64,000 nucleotides of DNA, taken from Lama guanicoe (taxonomy: Eukaryota). The position numbers were made by a program, and so were the translations under genes. Of the stretch, positions 10,481 to 24,540 are shown in pieces (position 1 is the first letter of the stretch; each line of letters opens with the position of its first letter). The notes beneath the pieces were generated by a model. It worked only from the letters and a program-made list of their open reading frames with translations, was not told the DNA's origin and did not search any database. Location of the stretch: the NCBI GenBank assembly GCA_013239625.1, contig MU055269.1:2410441-2474440 (forward strand), in the 5' to 3' direction.

Positions 10481-13400
10481 CCTGATCTAACTGCTATCAA
10501 GGTGGAGTCGAGGATTTTTCTTAGGGCCTCCAGGTGTGCTGCTGGCATCGCGAGCCGCTCAGGTCGAGTGGACGGCCCTTTACAAGTCAAAATCGCTGAG
10601 GTTCTGTGGGGAAAAAGTGCCCCAATGGGACCTAAATCATTCAGATTTTTATTGTTTAGGTTGAACAAAGTTCATACAAACCCGTTCGCTGTCACACTGC
10701 CAAAGCTACAGAAAGTTGTAAGTTTTCAGGAGCGTGGATGAGTTTAATAACTTACACTAGGGGTTTTCAGAGGTGGTCATAATGTTTCCTGAGTGAGAAT
10801 AAAATAAAACAGCTTGGTGGAAAAAAGTACCTATAAATTCACTTTGTCCCCCCCAAATATAGAGGGGTAGGTACAGTACTCGAGATTGTTACGTATGTAG
10901 TTTTGAACTCAATGTTTAAGTTGAATATGTGCATGTCTTTCTCTATGGCTGCTAATTTTTAAAATTACGTTATTATCTCTAAGAGATAAATGTAACTTAC
11001 TCTGTGTTTAAAGTTTTCCAGTTCAGTATCGCCTGATAACAAGTAGTTTGGATAAGGAAGACCATTTATGCATACTGTGTTTTCAGTCTGCCAAGGTGAT
11101 TGCTTAAACGCTGCTGTGTAAATGGCCCTGACCTGGGTCTCCTCACACCAAACGCTGTTACCACTGGTCTCCAAAGTCTATTTCTCTGAAATTTGTCTTA
11201 GCGTCTAGAAACTTGGCATGAATGTTATGTCCAAACAGAGCATGAACAGCAGTAAACTTGCAAATCCAACCCCCCCAAATTAAGACATTATATGAATCCG
11301 CTTCATAGCAAATGCAGTCATTCCCAGTCACCTGCCTCTGCACGAGATCCGGCTGAGATTTGTGGTTTGGATCCATTTTCTTGACGTGAGAATAAACGTT
11401 GCTCCTCCAAGTGTTCGTCTTTATGAGCTCACCTCATCCAGGCACACCCAGGATAACGTTTAACCGAGTGTCACCCACGGCCCAGGTGAGTTGCCCGAAA
11501 CTGACCATCGCCCACATCCAGGATAGTGAGTGTCCAGGCTTCTGTTCACTGTTTTACAGCATCACAAACCTAGAAAGGAGCGTCACTACTCACACTTGCA
11601 GGGAAGGAAGTGACGTTCCAGAGACAAGGGGACTTGCTTGAGGGCAGCGCAGCGGTGGGTGATAGGGTTGGTCTGAATCTCTGTGTGACCATGCTGGAGG
11701 CAGCACGTGGGTCCTCACCCCTGGACACTGGTCCTCCTTGAGCCCAGGCTTGGTTTGTGTTTCTGCAGCAACTGGGAGAGCCCGGCGAGCTGCTTGATAT
11801 AAATTTGTTGCATGTAAATCGTCAACAAGAGCTGCAAACAGGGACCCACAGACCGGTGGGGAAGTATGTGGGTGGTGTTGACATGAGGAGCTGGAGAGCC
11901 GGGGGCTTGAGTCAGAAGACCCCCGAGACGCAACCCACATTTGAGTGGGTGATTTCGTTGGTCTGAAGGGAAGCACATTCTATTTTAAAATAAGTTTTGA
12001 AACTGCTGGAATTTTAGAAGGACAGCAGACTACATTTTCACATTCTTCGCATGGTAAGGACAAGCTAAAATAATGTTAGTTTTCATTCCTGCCTTAATGA
12101 GAGGTCACATTCCTGCAAAGAAAAGACGACCTCTGCTAGACATTTCATTCTGCTCCAAAGAAGAACTCCCTCCCTCCCCGTGGGAGAGTGTGGTTCCTGC
12201 GTGCTGGGCACCGGGCGATCCCAGGAGCCAACAGGAGAGAGACACCGACGTGCCGAGCTCTCTTTCTCACCCGAGCCCCGTCCTGTGCTGCGGAGCTAGC
12301 AGTTAATATTAGCTTTCATTGCGTTGCTTTAAAAAGACGCTCCTTGGGGGTTTAATTGGGTGACGATGTGCCTCCTGGTCGTTCCAAAAACTCCAGCTGT
12401 CACGAAGGTCATTAAAATGATGGCTTAAAGGGACCTTGAGAGATCAAAATGGAAATAAGCCTTTTGAAAAAGAGCTGAAGGGAAGTATGTTCCTCCAGTT
12501 TCTCTGGTAACAGTTCCCCATGTAGTAAATCGTTATAATTATCAGCCTTATATAATCTTTTAAAGTATTGGTTCTCTGTGCATGTGGATTATGTGCAAAA
12601 GCTGCAGGCAGACCGGCTGGGGCTTGGCGGAGGCTTCGGGGGGACGAGGGGCCTGGGCCACAGGGCGGCTCAGAGGGCAGACCGCAGTGGCGTGGGTGTG
12701 CGTCTGTTAATTTTCTGGAGAAAGTGGAGAAATTTATTGAAAGTGCTTCTTTTTAATAAACCACGTAATAACGATACCAGTGAGAGTGTTGGGTCTCTTT
12801 TTCCCCACGAGTGCATGTGCGTGTGTGCGTGTGTGCTGCACATGACATTAGCATTAAGGTGGTGAAACACCAGTGGTCCCGGGTTCCTGCTGAAGGACGC
12901 GGCCGGGCTACACGTGCTGGCGGGGCGCAGAGCGGGCCCAGGCGGCTGTGAGGACGGGTGCCTCTGAGGGAGCCCAGCGCAGCCGCCCGGCTGCTCACCA
13001 AACACTGAACCATCCTTATCCTTTCCTCGCATCAGCCTCCCTGCAGTCACGGGGCCCTGGGGAAGGAGTCCTCAGGAGCCGGTAGGAGTAAGGACGCGCG
13101 TCTCACCCCCTGAGCTCTGGCAGCCACAGCACCTGTGCCGTAACTGGGGTGTCCCAGTCCACGGTGCACCTCTTAAATTGGCGAGTATCTTTTTAGCTGT
13201 CATGTGCACAGGACGCCGCTGGTGTAGCTCAAGAAAATATCTCAGCTGTAGTACTGTTCCTCTGCGACCAGAAAAGCAGTCTTGGCACGACCTCCAAGCG
13301 TTTTCTAGGCCTTTGCGTTCGTGCATTTCCCAGCCCCTGACTTTGGGGGGACGCTCCCTGTGTCCCAGAAGCAGGGGCGAGTGTAAGTGGAAGCCCAGGG

Positions 13401-14254
13401 TTAGCGGTCTCATGAGGGAGACAGACGTGTGGACAGACAGACGCACGGCGCCATCCGAGAGACCGGAATTGGTGCTGTGCGCCTCGTGAGTGTTAGGACA
13501 ACCTCCCAGTGTCACCGGCACGTCGCTGAGCCTCGACGGAAACAAGGTCACTGGCTTCCTGTCTAGTCTACTTGGCTTTTTCATGAGGTTTGAATTAAAT
13601 TTTATGATTCCAAGAGAAGAGTTTGGGAAGATTTTTTTTTTATCACATTGGTGCATTCTTGCTATTTCTTGTGTGTGAATTTCTCTGTTCCAGAGCTAAC
13701 TGGAAAAAAGTCCTTGAAAATGTGGAAGCGTTGTAGCTCATTCAGGGCCCTGTGCCACCTAGTCTAGCTCCAGTAATTGGGCAACGGGAGGAGGGCTGAG
13801 TGTTAGATGTGCTTCCAAAAAATTAGGGCGCAGTCACTGCCGCTCTGCCATCAGCGTCCCCATGTGACTCGTCGCCCGGGCCAGGCTCGGCGATGTGGAC
13901 AGGCGGGGCGCCAGCCCCCGCTGGGACCCCGAGCCTGGGCTTCCCGGCCCCTGACCTGGCGGGGAGCGTGGAGGAGCAGCTGTCACCAGGAACCGGCTTC
14001 CCTCCACGTTGCTCCAGTGATACCCAAACAGCACTGATTTTGATGAAACTGAAAGCTGTCCATCAACAGCTGTTTTCCCGAGAAAGAAAAATGCCTCCAG
14101 TGTGGCTTTGCTGACAACAGGACGGGAACGAGGGCCGTCCTGCTTTTACACCAGGGGATGCTCATTACAGACCTTTGATCCACCTGAGAAATAAAATAAT
14201 GAGGAAAATGCGGGGGGAAATCACGGCGGGTGAGCCAGCTAAGACTTCAGGGAT

Positions 14255-14340
14255 CACACGGTTAAAGCCTTTCATGTTTAAGATGAAGGAAACGAGGCTC
14301 AGAAGTTAAGGAAACGGTCCAGGTCCACACACGCTTCCGG
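14255..14340. mobile_element. MIR SINE core remnant
   Basis: agatgaaggaaacgaggctcagaagttaagg...ccaggtccacac resembles the MIR core. Confidence 0.55.
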
Positions 14341-17279
14341 CCGGCGACACAGCAGAACCACCGGGCCCTGCGCTGGTTTCCCATAGAACTTCCTGGGAGA
14401 AAGTCAGCTTAGCAAAGTCAGCGGAGGGAGAAAGTGCTCCCCTCACCGAGGCCACCTTCACCTGCAGTTAATTGTTCGTTGTTGCAACGCTGGCTCTTCT
14501 CACGTAACCAACCCCACTAATTAAGCCCTTCTTCGACTGGGTGTTCTTAGTTTTTAGATAAATTACTTAAATAATTCAAGTCATCTGCAGTGCAACATAG
14601 TGCCCTGAACCAGGTGCATCGGACAGCTTGCAAAGTAGAATGACTGGACCGAGAGTCAATCCTGAGAGCGGTTTCTCACACTTTCCCTGTAAAATAACTA
14701 CTGCTTCACAGAAAAAGCTGGAAAGTTGCAATGCTTCCAAAAGCTAACAGGCTTCCTGATGTCCAGCTCCTGGGGAACCTTTACCATCTAAACTCCGCTG
14801 GTTTGACGAGCAGTAGGTGCAGACTTCCACCCACCGCATCGTCCTGGCGTGGCCTCAAGCAGCAGACAGTGTGGAGGCACTTCACCATCCGCCGTGATCT
14901 CTGCACAGATCCAGGGCTGGGCCACCTGGGAGGCTGAGTCATCTCAGGCTGCAGGATTCTCTCCTCTGCAGCCTGAATTCTGCAGCCATCTGTACCCATC
15001 CATAGAGAACAACTGGACGGGACGAAAGGAGGAAACCTGAGGTTCTTTTCTTAAAGATGTTGGGACCCAGCCTGTGCCCGTTGTCTCTTGGTGCTTCGGG
15101 ACCACGAGGCAGAGCTGAGTAGTCTGACAGAAGGCGTAGGGCTTGCAAAGCCTTACATGCTTCTTACTTGGCTCTTTGCAGAGAACGTCTGCTGACCCCC
15201 GGTGTCCCTGGTTCTCCATAAAGAGCTTCAGCGCCTGCTCCTCACTGCGGAGGGGTCGTGTGTGATGCACATGTGAGTGAGCGGGGCCTGTGCTCACAAC
15301 CGTGCCTTGACTCTGAAAGAACAGGTTTATCTGAGTCAGAGCAACGGCTCTGAACCTGCGCGCAGGCCTCCCGCCGGGGAGCTGGCCACGGTGCTGGTTT
15401 GGTTTGGCTGCTTTTATATCCCTTCCATCAGGCCCACGGATGAAACGGCCAGAGGCCGGCGACACGGGGCTTGTAAAACCCAGAAAGCCATTTACTGCTG
15501 TTGGCTTGCCAGGAAGCCTCCTGCAGTTTTAGAAGCCTGAGTGGTTCATTTAGTGCTGAGTCTGCCAAAGCGTGTTTGCCAGGATACTAATTGTGAGAGT
15601 CGCTTCCTGAAAAACAGGTCCAGGATTAAAAACAAAAGCAAAACCAAGCATCAGGCAAAGTCTACAAGCTTTGTGCATCTGATATGAGCCTGTTAGTTTC
15701 TCAGACACGGCAGCAAAGGCACTGAGCGCATCGCCATCTCCCAGAACTGGGCCACAGACCTCTCCCCCCACCCCCTACCCCGGCACAAACAGAGCTTGCA
15801 TTTTGGGGAACTGGCCTATAGCAAGGCTATTGGTAAGTGACTCTTCGGACTGACCTCAGATTATTCCTGAGAGTAAATGATTCTTCTGTGTCTAAAGAGA
15901 AATGTCACATTCAAATTAGATGCAATGTCTCATTCTTTCTTTTTTCTGGGAGTGTTTTTAGCATTGAGACTGTATTTGGAAATGTTACATCAAGACAACA
16001 TTCGATTTCAGTGGTTTCAACAGCTGTATGAATAAGAGAATATGCAATTCAATTAGAGTTCATTTTATTCTACGTGCTGAGAATTTTGTCATTTTTTTTT
16101 CTCCTGTGTCTATTTCTGGTGACTTAATAAAATATATTGATGGCTCTCAATATAGAAGTAAGACAGTTCTAGGCAGGAATGCTTAAACAGGAAAATGAAA
16201 AACTACCCATAATTATATTGTCACTGTTTTATTGCCTGCTTTTCTGGTTAACAGAAAATTTCTGGGTAACAGATCATTTTTCTGTGTCAGTAACGGATGT
16301 ACACGGCACTGTTCCTTTGCACCAAGTTTACCACAATGAATGCGACCACTTGCTTAGTAGTTAGATTTGGTATCTTTTGTAAACAGAACTACAATGAAAT
16401 GCACTAAAACTAAACCTTTGGTCAAGTTTTTGTTTTTCCCTTTAAATATAGAAGAAATGGGGCCTGTATTTTTGCATATTAAAATTTTTAGTATCTTTTT
16501 TCTTGTTCTATTTGTACATTTACTTCTTTACTTTGCCTGTGGACATTAATTAATGTTACGACAGTTTAACCACGGTTTTCGCTCCTGTTTTTAGAACTTC
16601 CAAGTTTTGAGACTTTTTGCCCTTTGTGTTTTTGTTATAAATTTTTATTCTTGTTGCCTGTGGCTGGAAAAACACAGCTTATACAATTTTTCTTTTTTGG
16701 AATTTGTTGAGATGTTCTGTGTGGCCTGAGAGATGGTTCCCGGGAAGGGAGGTCAGATGTACATCTATTGAATCAGACTTAAACGTAAGTCAAGGGTTGG
16801 TGAATGATTTATGCTTGGGGCCAGACAGGAAAACTCTGCCTCAGACACTGAGCTCCACTGCGGTGGAGTGAGTGTGGCAGTGACAGTGCGTACGTGACAC
16901 ACACCGCGGCAGGAAGGCTAGGCTTGGCCAGGGGGCTGACCCCCACTCCAAGCCCTCCTCCTTGATTTTGTTCCTGACTGAGGGATGTTAAAGTGTTCTA
17001 CTGATGCCGGACTTTTTTCCTGTGTATGTTTCTTTGCTTAGAGAAAGAGAAATTCCTGACTCTTATCCTAATTACATCCTTACATCCTAACTGAACATGA
17101 CATATTGTATCAGTAAAAAATATGACCTTTTAAAATACTGATTAATACACTGAATCTTGAATTCTACTTTTTCTGATAGTAATGTTCCAAACTTCCTATG
17201 CATTTGCATCTACTGGCTTAACTTGCCTCTTCTTTAAATTTTAAGCTCCCCATGCCTTTTAATTTAACTTTGTGGCCTT

Positions 17280-17400
17280 TTGAAAATAATTGAGGTAGAC
17301 TTGATTTACAGTATTAAATTAGTTTCAGGGGTACAACGTAGTGATTCAACATTTGTATAGATTTTGTTCTGTTTATAGTTATTGTAAAATAGCGGCTCTG
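17280..17400 (-). mobile_element. L1 3'-end fragment (L1MA-type)
   Basis: aattgaggtagacttgatttacagtattaaattagtttcaggggtacaacgtagtgattca. Confidence 0.7.
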
Positions 17401-17910
17401 CTAGCTTTGTGTTTTGTGCATAAGTGGATTTTGTGGCATTTCCATATATTTATTTACTTTTTGCTGGAGTTTTTTTTTTCTCATGATGAGTTTTTTTTTT
17501 TAGTGCAAAATGTAACTTGACTTGTGCTTGAGGGATCACCTTTTCTGGTTTGTCCCCTTGTGTCCCGTGGCAGTGTCTCTGGCTTCTTGACTTCTTTTGC
17601 ATATGAATTGTGATGTCTTTGATTGTTTTCCTTCATCAGTGTGTGAGGCACATTCTGGGTATCCCACTCTGCTCGTGTCTGCCGTCTGCATGTTTTACCT
17701 TAGTGTCCCTACTGTGTGTCCTTTGTGCTAACCAGGCTGGTCAGTTGCTGCGGGGGGTCAACCCTGGTGGCCTTACTTGAGAGACTGGCCGAGGAAATCA
17801 GGCTTTCCCTTCCGTGAACTTGGATCAGGAATTTTAACTGAGAAATGCAGGGAGGGGTTGCAGGACCTCTGGACCGAGTTGGGCTGGGGAAGACCCTGGT
17901 GCAAACCCAT

Positions 17911-18365
17911 CTCTCTCTCTCTCTCTCTAGCCCTTGGCAACCACCGTCTGTCCTTTGTCCCTTTCCAGAATGTGGCAGGCATTGCTTAATAGATTGGGCA
18001 GCCCTGGAGACTTCTCTGACCTGGTGTGAAGGGTGGAGCTCCTCTGTGCTGGGCTTTATCTGTGCTCCTGAGCAGGTGCCCAGGCTGGACAGACCACACC
18101 CTCACTTACTTCTCTATTACCCAGGCAAGGACATTTGGATCTTTCCAGTTTGGAGATGACGAAGCTGCAAACATTCACGCCTAGGTGCTTGTGCGAACGT
18201 TGGTTTCTATTTCCCTTGGGTAAATACCTACACAGGGGACAGCGCCTTGTGTGATGAGTGTGTTTAACGTGAAAAAATTGCCAGCTGCACCGAGGCAGTG
18301 GTACTTGGCACCATCGGCAACAGGGCATGAGAGGTCTGGCCCCGTGTCCTCTCCAGAACTTGATT
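17911..18365 (-). mobile_element. Old L1M fragment (ORF2 end/3' UTR) beginning with a (CT)9 microsatellite
   Basis: cccttggcaaccac...ggacatttggatctttccagtttgg...tcccttgggtaaataccta, typical antisense L1M motifs. Confidence 0.7.
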
Positions 18366-20199
18366 TGCTGGGGCTCAGGCACTCACAGACCAGACGGGAA
18401 GCAGACAAACAGAGCGGCAACCTTCGGGTTTGGAACTCCCCCTTCACCGTGTCTGCAGAAAGGACACTGTCTTCCGACCTGGCCTCTCCTCTCCCGGACA
18501 TCGATCTTACCCTTGTCTCAACGCTGGTTTCTCAAGTGTGTTCTCTGAACCCTAAACCCTAACACATTTAAAGTATTCTTTCTTTAATACATTTTGAAAA
18601 TACTGCTGATTATATTTTTTACTTAACAGTTTGTAATGTTGATTAGAACATCAATGATCCTGAGTAATCTCATCACTAAGGACCTCATTCAAGTTGATTT
18701 TCCAACCACATTTGTTTGTAGCAATTTTTTTCTTATATGACATTTATTTATTTTTGGTAGAATTGTGTTCCAAGAAAGGTTTTTTTGTTTATGTTTTTGT
18801 TTTTGTTTTTGTGAAATATGACTCTAGGTTGCTAACTCTTTTAAGAACAGACTCCTAACTGCCCGTGGCAAGTTGAGAAATTCTAGTGAAAAACTGATGA
18901 TTTTGAGAACATGCTAGCCAGAATATTGTTCATTTCTTAGAAGCCATAACGATGTATAAATCACAAAACCTGTGGATTCTTAGCAACAGTTCTTTTGTGT
19001 CTAAGTTCCCCTCCATCGATGCATTTGCGTTGTGTCTGGGTTGTTTCTGTAGGTCTCCAGCAATGCAACTTGTCTACATTTTATTCCATACCTGGAAGTC
19101 AGTTTCCCTTGGTTTCTCAGTGAGGCCGTCGAGGAAGGAATTTTCCTTTTGGAGACAGAGACGGGGGTCATTTCTCTGGCTCTGACACTGGGGTCGCTGA
19201 AGCTCCCAAGGCTCCCTCTCCTCCTTAGTCCATAAGGACGAGAACTGCGTGCCTCATCTTCAGGGAGGTCGTGAGTCTCACACGAAACCCTGACGTGAAC
19301 GGACTTGACCGTCCTTGGGTGTTGCTTGGCTTCAGGGATGCGCTAGGCAGGTCCACAGATGGCCAGCCTGACAAGTGGCCGTCTCATGCTGAGAACCGTC
19401 TGCATGTGGAGAGTGACGTCCTGTGCTTTCCAGGAGGCAGACAGAGCTGTCCCTTCCTGGGCTTCTTCCCGGATGAGGTGCGGACGGTTAAAGGGGTGGG
19501 GGTCGCGGATACCTTCACTCCTGACAGCAACGGCTGCATTTCACTTAAATTCCTCCAGGAATAATGAGACTCTGTCCTTGCCATGTGACTCCTTCACTTT
19601 AGGTTTCTTGAGACTGAAGCCCTTTCTGAGACAATGATCGCTTAGCTAAGAGGGGGTCAACTTAGTTGCTGGTTATTTCATGAGTGAGAGATTTGGGGGA
19701 CATGGGATGTGAAAAATTAAAATGCTGATTCACCAGTCACACCCTCCTAGCTCCTTTTACGGGAAGAATAAAGCGATGTCAGTGAGTCCGCAGACTAGGG
19801 ACAGTTGATGCTCGGGCCACAGCTCCGCCGTGGACATCCCTGCCTCCGGCAGTGCTGCGCTGCCCTGGTGCGGAGAGTGGATGCCTCGTGACCACAGGAG
19901 CTCTGGCATGGGACAGACACCTGTCTGCCTGTGTACCCGCTGGATCTCCAGAAAGTAAATTGTTATTCTGTGAAACACTTGCAATTATGAGATGAAAAAT
20001 GTCACATCCACAAAAGAAGTAAGGTTTGGTGTTCCATCTGACAGACGTAGCTCACTGTTAAAAACTAACACAGTGATTTGTTACATTTTGAATAGGAGCT
20101 GGCACCCGACACTTGAGAAACAGCTGTGGACCCTCTCGGCCCTCCAGTGTTGACCCAATCCAGCATCTTTTAGGTATTTTGCATTTGGGAGGCAACAGA

Positions 20200-20612
20200 G
20201 TCCTCATTAAAAAATGGCCTCACCTGCATTTAGCTGATCCTTGCGTGCTGGCCCGCCTCCTGGGTGGCCTCACCTGGACCACAGGAGGTTTCCAATCCAC
20301 CCGAATTACCATGAAAACCATGCCCTGTGCTGCTGCTGGGAGGATATGCGGTGATGGAAGGAGATGGAGAGAGAGGCTGGAGGTGCCCCAGGCTTGCCTT
20401 GAAGGTGGAGGAAGAGGCCTTGGACCAAAGACACTGGAAAGGCAGAGGGAACAGAATGTGCTCAGGACCCTCCCAGAGGCACCAGCCCTCCAACCCATGA
20501 CCTCAGCTCAGGGACAGTCACACAGGACTTCATGACTGTAGAAGAAAATGTGACCGTGGTTTAAGCCAGCACATTTGGGGCAATTCCTTGCTGCAGCCGT
20601 GAACAACTCACG
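20200..20612 (+). mobile_element. MLT1 (ERVL-MaLR) solo LTR remnant
   Basis: ctggaaaggcagagggaacaga...accagccctcc...gtggtttaagcca...tttggggcaatt...gcagcc...aactca matches the MLT1 3' half. Confidence 0.7.
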
Positions 20613-23600
20613 TGTGGTCCTTGGGGCCACCAGAATCATACAAGCTCAGGTACACTCTGTCCGGAGCTCCAAGCCATCAGCATCCTTGCCTGGACTGTCC
20701 TGGAGCAAAGCATTTCTTTGTGAACCCAGCTAGTTGCTCATCAAGGAATTAATGCCACCAGCCTGCATCATGCCCACTTCTGAGAGCCTCTGTGTGTCAG
20801 TTCATCAGAGGCAGCCTTCTTCCCAAGGGTTTCTGGAGGCTGGGAGCTTAACATTTGTCGAGGGGTGAACCTGACCATCACAGGCTCCTCCGCTGGGGAG
20901 AAACATGGCCACAGGCTCGGGGGAAAGACCTGCGAGCCCTCTGTAGAGGGAAAGGGAACATTCGGTGGAGCCTCCTGACCATGGGCGCTGACCTGAGAGA
21001 GCTTCGTACAGACCCCGGTGCATCCCGAGGACGTGGTCACTTGGCAGCAGGGAGCAGAAGGGCCCCGACCTCGTTTTCTGCCTCCGGGTCCTGACCCGGC
21101 AGCGCGGAGTCCAGCCTGCCCCTCCCGTCTCGTGCGCTGATCCGGGGGGACGCTTTTTCCTTCCTTTCTCTTCATCGGTTTGGAGGTGCTTGCTCACCAG
21201 GGAACAGAGTGACCTCGGACAGACTAAAGGTCCAACCTAACAGAAAAGCCACTTCTCCGACTCACTCAGTCACAGCCGACACGCCGCCCTTCGTGTCTGC
21301 AGGCGGGAGGAGCGGCCCATCCGCCAAGCGCAGACGACCTGCACCACGTGCTGCCTCGGGGGCGCGCGGGGCTGCTCCCAAGCCACTCAGCCCTTTCTCC
21401 CTGCTTGAACCTGTCGACCAGCGCGTACTTTCTACACCATGACGCCCAGCGCAGTGCCGGCTGCCACCTTTACTCTGCGTTCTAATTTCTGATGAGGAAA
21501 CGTTCAGCTGTTTCAGTGACTTTAAATAACACGCAGCCTGCCCACTCAAAGCCGGCACATGGGGCCCTTAACACAGCGAGATGTCCCAGCTCCTTCTGAG
21601 GTGAGCGTCCGAGTGCTTGACGAGATGTGATGGAAACGGTTTTATCAGCGCAGTGGGCGTGTCCATCCTCTGCTGACGAATGAGGAAGTAACTCCTTGGT
21701 AAAGACCGGGATTAACCGCAGACACTCACCTGCAAACTGGAAACATATCCAACGCACACGAAAAAGTCGCTGGGGGGAAAGGAATTTTATTTTCATAAAA
21801 GAGGCAGGAAAAGAGCAAGAGGAGACAACAAGCTGTGGGAAGTATGCAAAGGGCTTAGGAAACTGAACCCGAGGCAATGTTTAGTTTCCAAATGATGCCA
21901 AGGACATCACGGCAGGACGGGATGTAGTGACTTCCCTAATCAGGCCTCGACGGACTCTGTGAGCGGCAAATGTCAGACTGCGAGGTATGGCGAGCCCAGG
22001 AGCCTTTGCAAGCATACAGCCCCCTGCACCTACCGAATCGTTACGACCCATCCGTGCGAGGGTGGCAGCATTCGTGTGCGAGTCTGTCCAGTTTGTAGAG
22101 CTTGAACATCACTGGCTTCATTCATGAAAAATTACTTCTAACGTTTATGATGCTACTTCACAGACCCTGGTCAAAGACATGAGAGTGCAGGCTCTCTCTC
22201 CAGGGTGGTTTTGGAGTGTGTTTTCTGGATTGGAATAATCCAGATGTTTACTAACGCAGGGGACGCAGATGAAAACCAAGCCTTGAACACATTTATCACA
22301 CCCTCTCTGCTCAGCGTTTAAAAATAAACTACAGCAATACCGCCAAGGACGTGTGGCTCCCCGCCCGTGTTCCCAGTCAAAGAAACCTCTTTCCCCTCCA
22401 TCCTTGGAGACTCACGCTCGGCTGATGGTCCCTGAAACACTTCCCACACATTCCACAGCACTCACCCGCCTCGTTCTCAGCCTGGTCCACGCCGCCCTGT
22501 CCAGAGACACAACACCCTGACCTGTCTCTCTTCTCCCCTCTCCTGGCTTCACTCCATCTGTTCTTGTCCGTTTGTAACTCACGTTGTGGAAATGGCCTAT
22601 TCATGCCTTTTGGCCATTTGCAATGTATATTTCAGTAGGGGTTTGCAGGTTGTGTTTTTATATTGATTTATTATCTGATATGCATATAGTAACTATTTCC
22701 ATCCATTTTCTTCCTTGCATTGTAATTTTTTAGTGCCATCTTCTGCAGGACAGAAGTTTTAAATTTTTACATGGTTGACTCTTGTTAGTCTTTTCTGTGT
22801 TATCTTCCCCCAGTGCCTTCATGTCACTTCCTGTACGTTGTGTTCTTTCCTCTATTTATAATTGACCTCTAAGACGCTGTCGCAGATGCAACACAGCCCC
22901 AGTGAGTCCCTGCCTGAGTCCTTTGATTCTAAGTTTTAGCTCCCTGGGAGGGAACATCTGATTGGCTCAGTTCTGATGGTCAAGTCACATTGGAGAGGAT
23001 GCTGTGCCGCAGTGCACAGGGGTGGCCCTCTGGACCACACGGGGCTACAGCTGTTCTCGCAGAGGGAGACTGCCGGTGAGTGAGGAAGCCACGCCCCTTG
23101 CTGTCTCTACGAGAGGGAACCTTCAATTTCGGACCATCCCGACAGCGCATTATGCATTTCGTCCTGCTGTCTTTTCAAAAATGGGGAAACACCGTGTGAG
23201 AAATACTCTCGATGCACTAAAGGCAAAAGGATTCAAATGTCCATCATATTTGGGCCAGAAAAGCTTGATCAATTACCAATTATTTCTGTGTTGTAATTAT
23301 CCACGATTTTTATGTTACAGAAGTGGCCCAGAAGAGGTATTTGAAGAAGGACTTTGTCCTATCTGTGAACTCTTACCATGAATATTTCTGTTAAAATTTA
23401 GGCAGTAAGTATAAACGTAAGTTGAATCTAAAAACCTTGAAACTAGTGGTGAGATGTACTTTTCTGTGCAAGAAATGTCAAGATGGGAAATAAGAAATCA
23501 GAGCCTGGCCCTCAGGCTCCTGCCCAGACGCCGTTCTGAACTTGGCGGGTGCATCTGACAGGCCGCGTCTCTGCTCTAGACCCCGCGGAGTCTTTGGAAA

Positions 23601-24268
23601 CATGAGCAGGTGGTCCGCAGGGCAGTGACTTGTTGAGTGGTTTTATGGCTTCTCCACTGGTGACGGTGAGGCACTCCCGTGGTCCCTGATGTTCCTGCTC
23701 TTGGCCTGATGCTGGGGAGACTGCAGTGGGAACACTTCTGGGTTCTGGGAATAGTGATTTGGGAGGACTCTGACTTTTTTTTTTAACAGGTATTTTATAG
23801 ATTCAGAGATTCCTTTGGAAAAAAAATGGTGACTGATTTCTTGCCAGTGTTTCCTCGTTACTGCTAATATAAGTAATGTGTGTGGCATTCTCACCTAATA
23901 CACAGTTTAGGACATTCATGTCTGCTTAAACGTGGTTTTCAATCCGTCTGTTAAAACTAGTTGTCCGAAGACTGTTTCATGAAGGCGTTGTCAAATTATT
24001 AAAGTTAGAACGCAAGAATGTTTGAAGACTAAGTGACCGTGCATCCTGTTTCTAATAAGAGAAGTGCTTTTGTCTCTGCCTTTCTTAGTAGGGGTGCATA
24101 CGTCAGAGTTTCAAGCGCCATTTGGTAAGTAGGTGTAAAGTCAAGTCTGCAAAAGAGGAAAAAGGAAAGGTTTCAAGAGGAGAATCACGTGTGTTCTGTC
24201 TTATTTCAGGAAATGCCACTATAGCATCTTTAACAGCATCACATCTTTTTTTTTTGTGGGAAGTATTC

Positions 24269-24540
24269 TTCCTTCCTTCCTTCCTTCCTTCCTTCCTTCC
24301 CTTTCCTTTCAGTTGAAATGCAGTCAGTTACAATGTGTCAGTCTCTGGTGCACAGCGTCATGTTCCAATCATTCATGTATATTCGTTTTCATATTCTTTG
24401 TCATTAATGGTTATTATAAGATACTGACTACAGTTCCCTATGCTGTACGGAAGAAACTTGCTTTTTATGTATTTTTATGTACAGTGGTTAACATCTGCAA
24501 ATCTCAAACTGCCAAACTGACCCCTTCCCACCCCGTCTTG
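24269..24540 (-). mobile_element. 5'-truncated lineage L1 3' end with (CCTT)n microsatellite tail
   Basis: (CCTT)n at 24269-24301, then ttgaaatgcagtcagttacaatgtgtcagtctctggtgcacagc...acagttccctatgctgtac...atctgcaaatctcaaact, a cetartiodactyl (camelid-like) L1 3' UTR. Confidence 0.8.

Noticed and set aside
21900-21990. Possible CR1/L3 reverse-transcriptase remnant
   Set aside because: Resemblance too weak to support without an HMM search.
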